Below, piece by piece: positions 55,761-64,000 of a stretch of DNA of 64,000 nucleotides (positions are counted from its first letter, which is position 1; each line of letters starts with the position of its first letter). The DNA lies in NCBI GenBank assembly GCA_000091205.1, contig AP006500.2. One strand, written 5' to 3'. The notes beneath the pieces are model-generated. The model was not told the origin of the DNA, made no database searches, and was given only the letters and a program-made list of their open reading frames with translations. The position numbers were made by a program, and so were the translations under genes. This DNA is from Cyanidioschyzon merolae. Its lineage: Eukaryota.

Positions 55761-57038
55761 TCAGTCTTCGATTCGTGCTTTCCGATCCATCCATTCCTCG
55801 AGCTTCTCTCTCGGACTTTGACGATTTTCTAGGACGTCGATGACGCCTAACAGAATCGGAAACTTCAACGCTCGTCTCATGGGGTTCAAGTGCGGAAACT
55901 GCCTTTCAATGAGACTCGCAACTGCCTTTGCCGTCGGCACGCCTTCAGCGACCTGACTCGAAGTCTCTAAAATATGAGCAAGGGTTTCACCCTGACCCAG
56001 GCGGTAGCCAACCGTTCTGTTCCGACTGCTCGTGCCGAAGCAGGTCATAAACGTATCGCCTACGCCACTGAGGCCGGCCACAGTCACCGGACGAGCACCA
56101 AAACTCCGCGCAAGGCGCCGCATCTCCGAGCAGCCGCGAGTCACCAGCGCAGCTGTCGCGTTCATACCGAGACCAAGTCCCTCGCAGATGCCGGCAGCAA
56201 GGGCGATAACGTTCTTCACAGCGCCACAAATTTCAACGCCAACAACGTCGCTCGAGCGAAATACTTTCAGTGCTGGTGAGCTAATAGCGGCTGCAATACT
56301 CGCACATGCAGCAGCGTCATGCGAGGCCAGGACGACGGCTGCCGGAAGATCGGCCAACATCTCATGGGCGAAAGAGGGTCCCGAGAGAAACATGCATGGC
56401 ACCGGACGCTCTTTACCGAATACGTCGTCGAAAATCTCGTACATAAAGTTGCCTGTGCTAACCTCAATACCCTTGCTTGTGGACAGAATCGGTGTTCCGG
56501 GCGCCAAATTCGGGCGAACGCTCTCCACGAGAAAAGCTCTGCTCGCTTGGACCGGCACAGCATGAACACATAACCAGCAGCCTTTCAGAGCATCTTCGGG
56601 GTCCGTGGTCGCTCGAACAAGCTTTGGAAACCGGAAGCCTGGAACTAACGCAGTGTAGCGAGGGTTTGTGCGCTCCTTGTTGATCGTCTCTGCGACCTCC
56701 GCTCGACGAACAAGCAGCACAACCTGGTGACCATTGTTAGCCAAGGCAAACGCCATAGCGCTCCCAAAAGAGCCGCCGCCACAGATCGCTACGTGTCGAG
56801 CTTCCTCTTGGCTCTGCCCAGACAATCGTGCGTGCGTAGGTGGAACCTTCCGCCTCACAGACCGCCGCCCATAACTGGGGTCAGCAGAAGGGCGTCGCCA
56901 CAGCGTCACAGAAAAGGCGGTTTCCGTTCGAGCGGATCCTGCGCCCTCGAAGCCCCTAGCCAATGAGATGGCACAAGTGAACGCACTCGAAACAGACCTC
57001 GTGCTCTGTAGCCGCGGCACAGTTTGCTCAGGCTGCAT
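55761..57038 (-). CDS. NAD+-dependent glycerol-3-phosphate dehydrogenase with ~90-aa N-terminal extension
   Basis: ...VAICGGGSFGSAMAFALANNGHQVVLLVRR...I...RTNPRY... ...LSGPSFAHEM... ...DVVGVEICGAVKNVIALAAGI..GLGLGMNATAALVTRGCSEM.... Collinear with GPD1/GpsA. The start codon abuts the outer end of R2, the 5' module of Fanzor copy B. Confidence 0.85.
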   Translation of the reverse strand: MQPEQTVPRLQSTRSVSSAFTCAISLARGFEGAGSARTETAFSVTLWRRPSADPSYGRRSVRRKVPPTHARLSGQSQEEARHVAICGGGSFGSAMAFALANNGHQVVLLVRRAEVAETINKERTNPRYTALVPGFRFPKLVRATTDPEDALKGCWLCVHAVPVQASRAFLVESVRPNLAPGTPILSTSKGIEVSTGNFMYEIFDDVFGKERPVPCMFLSGPSFAHEMLADLPAAVVLASHDAAACASIAAAISSPALKVFRSSDVVGVEICGAVKNVIALAAGICEGLGLGMNATAALVTRGCSEMRRLARSFGARPVTVAGLSGVGDTFMTCFGTSSRNRTVGYRLGQGETLAHILETSSQVAEGVPTAKAVASLIERQFPHLNPMRRALKFPILLGVIDVLENRQSPREKLEEWMDRKARIED

Positions 57039-57039
57039 G

Positions 57040-60000
57040 AGCTACTATCCTGCATCGGAACGAAGGACGCTCACCCGCGGTAGTGTCGCGCTTCTGATCC
57101 GCGCAGGCGCGTAAGCCGGCAGGAGTCGTTGCTGCATCGAGTTTTTTTCGATGACAGAGCGTTTCCATTGACCATGAATCCCCAATAGCGGGATGGGTAC
57201 TACGATTCATGTAATTCTCCATCATGACGCAACCTATCTCCAAGTTCCATTACCCATATTTCCTCTCAGGTATACTGGTCTTTTCCTTTGTTCTATCGTA
57301 TGCCAAGTGCCTGCAGTGAGCACCCACCGCAGCGCCTAAACCGCTTGTGCGGATGCTACACGGAGACAGAGTAGCTTTGTCATACCACTGAGGGCGTCGG
57401 CTCGAGGAATGCTACACCTGACACGGGATCAGGGCTACTTATCATTCTGGGAGTCTGGAAGCTGCGCAGGCAGGCGTACTGCCTGCGGCAGCGCAGAGCG
57501 ATATTCTTCGAGGACACCACGACCAGCGCGACGCCCAGACGCAGCATACCGCTCTGAGTCCCAGAATAAACTGCATTGCGGACGAGTTGCTCAGATCTCT
57601 CTGCATGACCAGGCTCCGAGAGGTCTATGAAGCACGAGCCTGGGAGAATCGTCCGACTCGCGGGACATTCCGCCCAGAAGGTAAACTTTCGTCAATATGG
57701 AAATCTTTGCTCCCCATGAATTTTTATCATTGACAGGGAAGGCAATTGTTATCTCGCTGCCAGTCAGTAGTGAGTCTCTGCTCTTCGTTCTATAGAGTAC
57801 AGTCGATAGGCGCACCCAGGAGATCTGCCAGGCACGAGGTACGACGTGGATATCGCCATTGAAGAGAAACGCGATCCTGATCATTAGCATGTTGTATACC
57901 GTACAAGGTGTATTTGCGTTGAAGTCGTAGCAACGTTTAGTCTTCAGTTCAGTTGTGTTCCAACCCCAAAGCAAGTATATACGAGCGATTTTTCGTGGTT
58001 TATAGCAGAAGCGTTCAAAGTGTGTTCTTTTTCGAAAATAAAAAAGGAAAGTTCTGGACGAAGAAGTGGAGGATCCTGGAGGCACGGTGTCGCCAGGTGG
58101 CGAAAAGAACGAAAAATAGTGCCGAGCAAAGATGAACAGGAGAAGAAGAAGAAGAAGCGAGAGCCAGACCTCAACGGCTGCAAGAAAGGCGACAGCATGA
58201 CGAGATGATAGTGAACGCCTGCCTTCTTGGATGTATCAAGGATCCGTACGAGCAGAAGATGCGAGAGACCACCAGAAGCCGTGTCGATTCCTACTCCAGG
58301 AGCGTGCGTAACACTTCTTTTTGGACTGAAGCATACGGTGAAGGAGATATACGATGACCTTACCGACACGAAAACAGTCGAGGTTCCGGAAGCGTTTTTT
58401 TTAACAAGACCCTCAGCCGCCACTTGATGCTTGGCACAGGGGGACGTCGAGGGAAAATGAGCGCATGTGCGTCCTCCATGAAAAATACCCCTACTAGGGT
58501 CTCAAAGGTACTCGTTACAGGGGTGACTCGCGTATTTTCGAATACAGGGCAAAAAAGTATCTCACGAACCTGAACAACCATATGATCATGAAGCTCGAAC
58601 GTTTCATGACACGCTCCATCGTTGCGCGCTACCCGGGCCTCTCTCGCAAAGGGATACGGGCCATCATCAATGGCGTCAGGAACGATAGTAAGAATGAACA
58701 GGAGATCGAATTCCTCGACGAGAAGACATCACACAGGAGAACGAATGAAGCTTCTGCAATCCGTACGGCAATTCAAGAGCACCGTCCGGTCTCGGAGCTG
58801 GTCAATCCAGCAGGAAATGTATCAGGTATGGAAAAAGAAAAGCAAAGATGTTATCCCCTAATCCTGCGCTATTTCGTGTGTTTGGACCGCGAACTCGATC
58901 CCAAGGCCAATATGGAGCTGGGTGTGGAACAAAATGTAGAGTCAGAGAAACGGAAGGGTATCCTAACGGGTAAGCGCTTTAGCGTTGTTGCGTTATGCAT
59001 CACCAAGTTCCATTTTGTAACAATCGACTCCAGAGTCCTCAACGGCATCATGAAGGAGGTCTGTCTGGAGTTCGATGTAAGGAAGATAGAGTTCACCAGT
59101 GAAAACCGGGAGACGTACTGGAAGAATATCTTCAATTTCAAACGTCTCAATACGTGCAAGCAAAAGGTATTCACTGGCATCATCGAAACCGATGGAGTAG
59201 CCATGTGTGTACACTCTCGGCGCTTGAAGGCAGATCGTCCAGTTCCGTCCTCGACTGCGCCCGTGGCGAAGCATGAAGAAAACAAGGAGGCTGGCCTTAC
59301 AACGCAGGAGGTACAGGAGAACGATTTTGTTGTTGGCACGGACCCTGGGAACACGAATATCGTAACCATCGCAGTACCCAAGCGTGCGGAAGATGATATC
59401 GACGGCAACTTACGTCAGAAGGACATCCGTCTTTGAAAGCTCACGACAGCTACATCTTACCGAGAATCAGGAAAACTGAATGCAAGGAAAAGAAATGAGA
59501 CGTGGAATGCAGGAGTGAAAGAGCACAAGGCAGCGATCAGCCAGGTGACGAGCCGAGGAGCGGACTTTGAAGCTTTTCGAGAGTTCATGAAAGTCCGCGC
59601 TGCTCTTGACGAGCCGCTGTCGAAAGAATCTACAAAGCCCCGGTGGGCTCGTCTGCTTAGAATCTTGTACTTTGGGAAGCAGCACGCATTTGCCAACTTC
59701 TTCAATGAGTTGAGCGCTCTCAAAGAGGACAAAATTCAGAGACTCGTGGTGGTATACGGAGCAGGGCATTGGATGACACGGAAAGGTAGCACACCAGCTC
59801 CATCGACACGAGCGTATAAGGAGTGCACACTGTGCTTCGTCATGATGTCGATAGATGGGTTCCGAACGTCGTATACATCCACCATGAGCTAGGGTGTGTA
59901 CTTGAGAGTGTCGAGATGGAAAAGTGCCAGCAGAGCACTGAGGATGTAGCAAACTACGGAGCGCTGACAGAGCACCTAACGGCATGGAGGGTGCGAGTTC

Positions 60001-60300
60001 GAGGTCTACTTCCGTTGGTGAGTACAACCAATGCCAAGAAACATATGAAATTCGTGAACCGAGACTTCAATGCCGCCAACAGTATAAGCAGATAGGCGGT
60101 GCTGGAGAAGAGGCCCCCAGAGTTGACCAGAGCCAACTTTCTGGGGCAACCTCTGCAGATGGCGCTGTACGAGAAGAAGCTGAAGCCAGTAGTAAATGGC
60201 CGGTCCAAAAACCCTGGGAGAATTCTGCACGCTGGCGTATATACATCAACGCTATCGGCTTGATGTGTGTGCGTTCGTTTGCTCGTTTTGCTGGCGGGAT
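57040..60300 (+). mobile_element. Fanzor/TnpB-like element, copy B: R2, spacer, full-length but disrupted ORF and RE
   Basis: 57040-57560 is R2 in reverse complement relative to 26930-27350. 57560-57940 is the spacer, the reverse complement of 26550-26930. 57950-60095 is coding. 60095-60300 is the conserved 3' block (…ccagag.tga.c…aacctct…cagtag…tggccggtccaaaaa.cctgggag…tctgcac…). Confidence 0.6.
57950..60095 (+). pseudogene. Fanzor/TnpB-like gene, copy B; retains RuvC-I-like and RuvC-III motifs; disrupted by stop and frameshifts
   Basis: Frame pieces 58582-59436, 59437-59892 and 59823-60095. RuvC-I-like ...[19 protein letters not shown]... at 59333-59356. In-frame TGA at 59434-59436. Frameshift near 59870. 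RuvC-III ...KKHMKFVNRDFNAANSI.... The N-terminal NLS-like region 57950-58210 (…QEKKKKKRE…) is itself split across two frames. About 60% amino-acid identity to copy A over alignable parts, estimated by eye. Confidence 0.65.
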
Positions 60301-60804
60301 TGATGGCGTCGATCCCGAGTCCAGATGGAGAGCTGGCGGGAATGCTGCTGCGCTCTTTTCGCTGCAGTGCGTTGCGAGGCATTCTGTAACGAGAGGCAGG
60401 TTTCCAGGGGCAGCACAGAGCAGCAACACAGGATACGTTCAAAGGCGTGCTTGGCGTGCTTCCGAGCGGCACCTTCGGGGGTTTATTTCGGAGCTTCGCC
60501 TTCGAGCGCTCTCCATAAGCGAAATACCAACGGTTTCAGTGATGGGCGGGCAACGATGCGTACAGGTGAGAAACGCTCCAGATGCCACGACCACCGCGCG
60601 ATCGTTGCGCCAGGAAACGACATAATTTTGAGAAGAAGCATATACAGGCCCAATCCTAATGATAAGCGATTTCATGTAGTCGACGCATCGAATATATGTA
60701 GCCGCTAGGCACCGACGCATCCTCGTTGACATGCGGAGCGCAGCGTTCTCCTGTCCAATGCCCAGTCATGCCCCGTACAGGTATTCATTTCTTGACCGCA
60801 TCAT

Positions 60805-61563
60805 TCATTCCTCAGCGGACGCCGATGACGCCGGTCGAGAGCGAGGCCGAAAGCGCAGCGGTGCAGCGCTACGCTTTCGGCGACTCGAGCCCGAGGTGGC
60901 TTTCACGATGTTCGCGTCGGCGGCCGTGCAGATAAGACGCAAACGATCAGCGTAAACGTAGGCCTCGGTAGTCGCGTCTCCAGCGGAGCGTGCATGACTG
61001 GTCACAGCGGGAACAGCGCGTCCGTCCAGGCAGTCCGGCCGAGGCGGTAAATGGGAAGCAAGTCGCGGGCCCTCGAGTTTCAGGCTCCCGCTCGCGGGAA
61101 CTGCCGGTTCAACGCGTATACTGGCATCCGTGGCGCCACCTAGGTCACTGGTCCGTGGCAGTCGCTCCACAGCAGCGTAGGTTTCCGGTTTGCGCTCGAG
61201 TCGAAGCAGTGCATGTCGGACGAGAAAAGTCCACACGTTATCTCGCAAGTTGTAGTGTGCGAGGCGTCCCCTGAGCACGGAACGCTGGCGGACTTTCCGT
61301 CGTAGATAGCGAGCAACTGCTTGGTCAAACTGGGTCCACACCAAAGCAGCCTCTGACTCCTGCAAGTGTCCCGCGCTCAATAACTCGTCGAGGGTGTCCT
61401 CAAGAGTCAGGCCAATTGTTGAGGCCCGGTAGTGAGCGTAAAACACCCCCGGCTGGTTAGCGGCGGTGTTTGCATCTTGTTTCCCTCCCCGAATGCTTTC
61501 CGTTGTAGCTTGGCCCGCATCTGGCTCTGCTTTTGCAGTACGCTGCGGTGTTGCGTCGCTCAT
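60805..61563 (-). CDS. Transcription factor IIA small (gamma) subunit-like protein with N- and C-terminal extensions
   Basis: ...FYAHYRASTIGLTLEDTLDELLSAGHLQESEAALVWTQFDQAVARYLRRKV..QRSVLRGRLAHYNLRDNVWTFLVRHALLRLE... matches the TFIIA-gamma/Toa2 pattern (YELYRRSTIG..L.D.LD.LI..G.I....A..VL..FD........V......G.L..Y...D.VWTF.V). The ORF may be over-extended at both ends. Confidence 0.55.
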   Translation of the reverse strand: MSDATPQRTAKAEPDAGQATTESIRGGKQDANTAANQPGVFYAHYRASTIGLTLEDTLDELLSAGHLQESEAALVWTQFDQAVARYLRRKVRQRSVLRGRLAHYNLRDNVWTFLVRHALLRLERKPETYAAVERLPRTSDLGGATDASIRVEPAVPASGSLKLEGPRLASHLPPRPDCLDGRAVPAVTSHARSAGDATTEAYVYADRLRLICTAADANIVKATSGSSRRKRSAAPLRFRPRSRPASSASAEE

Positions 61564-63098
61564 CGCACGACCAGGATATTCCCCTACGGAGCACGCCTCG
61601 GCTGGCGGCTTAGGTACTGATCTTCACCGTACTGTACGTCCTACCTCAAGAGTTATCGCTCCTATTTTGTTTCACCTTGATCCAAGTAGGTTAGCAGTTT
61701 AAAGACTGGTTGCTGCCCAGCCGGTCCAGCAAGGCGCTCACGAGACGCAAACACGGAACGTTTCGCGCTCGCGCGGCGTTTGCAACGCCGGATACACGCG
61801 CTAGCCAGGGCGATCCATGACTACTCCCACCTCTATCACTTCTCCTACATCAATAACTACTTTCTGGGGTCCTAGAACGGAACGGAATGGTGGTCCCTTC
61901 CCTGGATGCCGATGATCATCACGCAATGGGCACTTCCACCCCAGTCTCATCGATCCAACACTATTCAAGTAAGTTATTGCGATCGTCCCGTGCCTTCGGC
62001 ACCGTCGTGAAGCTGCCGACGATCGCAGCACCACGGGACTCGGTTTATGCCGGCGATCAGGCTCCGCTGCAGTTCATGGACCGGCTGCGCTGCTGCATCA
62101 TGTGCATCGCTCAGTCTAGTTAAAAGCGTAAGCAAGCTCGACCAAAAATCGTTTGATCTCTGTGTATCCCCGATGAGGCTTTTGATGCTGGATGCGGGGT
62201 GACCTATCGTCTCCCGGTCCACGAGGAAAGACTCGGCATCCTGGCACGGCATATTGGCAACGACACCGGCTCCCGTGGCGTATTGCGAGCATCGGGTGCA
62301 TTCCAGAGAACCCGGCCATCGTGCTGCCTGCACCAAGCTGCTAACACTGAAGGGCCAGCATATGATCCTCCTCTTTCCTGTACGCGATGCACAGGGCACT
62401 CTGGGTGCCCAGGCCTATATGGGGCGCTTGCCATGACGCTGGGCGTGTCGCCGCCAATGCCGCACGAAGACAAGATGCATGCACGACGTGTTCTATGCTG
62501 TGCGACTGAAGCGTCTGCCCAGGTTTCGACGAATGCGGAATCGGTGATGGCAATCAGGGAAGAGCACACAACTCCGCTTCGAATCTTGCACCGTACTATC
62601 AGCACAAGGTCAGTAGTTCCGATGGGTATGTGGGTGCGTTTCAGAGACTCTCCGAGTACCAACTCTATTACGTCGATTTGCGCTACCACTACGGGCGTCA
62701 GTTCGATGTGCGTGAGTATCATTCGATGGGTGCGCTGGCGTCGACATAATCGCGCCCGTATCCGGCGCAGCTCGTGCACGACTCCATAGCGCTTTCTTAG
62801 CGCTTTTGTGGCGATACGTTCGGGCAGCAAGGATTCACTCATCAAAGCGGTGCGTTTGCCACAGACTTGGGTGAGCGTTCGGAGCTGCGAGCTCGTGCTG
62901 TCAGCGTGCTATTCCCCGATGCATCCAGTAGTATAGACGCCGTCCTCTCGAAGAAAAGCCAAAAAGCGATCAGCAACCATCCAGCAGACTTTCTCTTCAT
63001 GGAGTCTGTCTCTTTCCCGCTCATGGACGCCCCAAGTACGCAATCGACTCAGCAAATTTGCACCATCAAAAGTCGCCTCTGAAGCGCTTTTCGTGTCC

Positions 63099-63140
63099 TC
63101 ACGCACGCACGCACGCACGCACGCATGCATGCATGCGTGT
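63099..63140. repeat. Compound tetranucleotide microsatellite (CACG)6(CATG)3
   Basis: cacgcacgcacgcacgcacgcacgcatgcatgcatgcgtgtg; followed by (CAG)4(CGG)n at 63280-63309 and (GCC)8 at 63367-63390. Confidence 0.9.
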
Positions 63141-64000
63141 GTTCCAGTGCCGCAACCGCATCGCAACGCCAGCAATGAACGCGCAGGTACAGCAATGTCC
63201 AGAATCGATCCGTGTCGCCGCTCCGTGGCCCGACTGAAGATGCCGGCGGCGAGTGCCGGCATCATCAATGCCCGACGAAGCAGCAGCAGCAGCGGCGGCG
63301 GTGGCGGCATCGATAGCGCGCCCGACAGCTGCGCACCGCTGCCGCCGAGCGCAGAATCGAAGGATTGCCGCCGCCGCCGCCGCCGCCGCCGTCAAATCCA
63401 GCGCCTACGAACCTGTAGCTACTGTTCTTATAGTTGTTTTCGGGGTATCCCTCACATACAGAACAAACTCGCAGGGTTTCGCAGGGCCCTATAGATACTG
63501 TGGTGCAGATCAACAAACCTTGCGCTTACGAACCTTGAGAACCGACGGAAATTACTACGAACGAACGCAGAGACGTACAGCGTACCACGACTTGATCAGC
63601 GACGGTACCAACCTGTATACACTCCAGCGCTCTCTTTTGAGCGTGCAAGTCGTGCACACGCAAACTTCATCGGGCACCGATCCCTAATACTCTGCATTTT
63701 GGGTGCTTTGTTCTTCAATGGGTCAGCCGACACACATCAAATGGTTCAACGGAAACGACTACACCGCTCCGTCCTTTGATTACGCAAGCAACGGCTCACA
63801 GAGCGGGCCGAAGACCTGGCACGGAAACGATCACTCGCTTGAAGGCCAGGCTCCATCGTTTCACGCAGCGCCGGTTGGCTGGTCAGCGACGATACCGCAA
63901 GCGCCGGGGGCTCGTTACCCAGACGCATCAAACTCATATGGAAACGGAGACTGGGGCCACAGCACTGCGCCGTATCGCGGGCGCACTGCAACCCAGGACG

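Noticed and set aside
57944-58423. 159-aa minus-strand ORF upstream of copy-B 'start'. It resembles ORF 11182-11538.
   Set aside because: The similarity is real at the DNA level, but both are antisense readings of the Fanzor N-terminal region. They are not an independent gene.
62199-62845. Mutually overlapping 196-aa (+) and 213-aa (-) ORFs
   Set aside because: There is no homology on either strand. I cannot tell which is real, if either, so they were left unannotated.

Overview
This 64-kb window is GC-rich, intron-poor eukaryotic nuclear DNA; it is not prokaryotic. Nearly every recognisable gene sits in a single uninterrupted ORF. Host genes alternate between strands and include histone H2A, KRR1, DCAF7/WDR68, a YEATS protein, TFIIA-gamma, an adaptin and a PHD protein. 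Several markers point to a photosynthetic, alga-like host: a plant-type H2A C-terminus (…[13 protein letters not shown]…), a nuclear CysA-type sulfate ABC ATPase, and an FKBP carrying a twin-arginine (RRxLL) lumenal signal. I cannot name the species from sequence alone. The most interesting content is a family of Fanzor/TnpB-like (OMEGA-type, RuvC-containing) elements. Copy A (24.6–27.35 kb, minus strand) holds an intact 622-aa ORF with the RuvC-III motif NRDFNAAVNI. Copy B (57.0–60.3 kb, plus strand) is a diverged paralog at roughly 60% amino-acid identity by eye. It keeps a RuvC-I-like GTDPGNTN strand but is broken by an in-frame stop and frameshifts. Two short internally deleted (MITE-like) derivatives at ~10.9–12.1 kb and ~20.56–21.0 kb share the same deletion junction. 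All copies share a strongly conserved non-coding 3' end, a candidate omega-RNA and right end. The full copies also carry a conserved ~0.9-kb 5' module, called R2 here. The second notable structure is a ~1.4–1.6-kb near-identical inverted repeat at 33.9–37.8 kb. It flanks a small gene encoding a ChuX/HutX-like heme-binding protein. The arms contain 109-bp tandem sub-repeats, and other copies of the arm sequence occur elsewhere in the window. This looks like a foldback or composite-transposon arrangement. Other features are a 71-bp x4 tandem TATA-containing repeat upstream of a Gfo/Idh/MocA oxidoreductase gene, a degenerate Tc1/mariner-like transposase fragment, several small dispersed repeat families and many trinucleotide microsatellites. 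Because GC content is high, both strands carry many long spurious ORFs, and most ORFs in the track are not genes.
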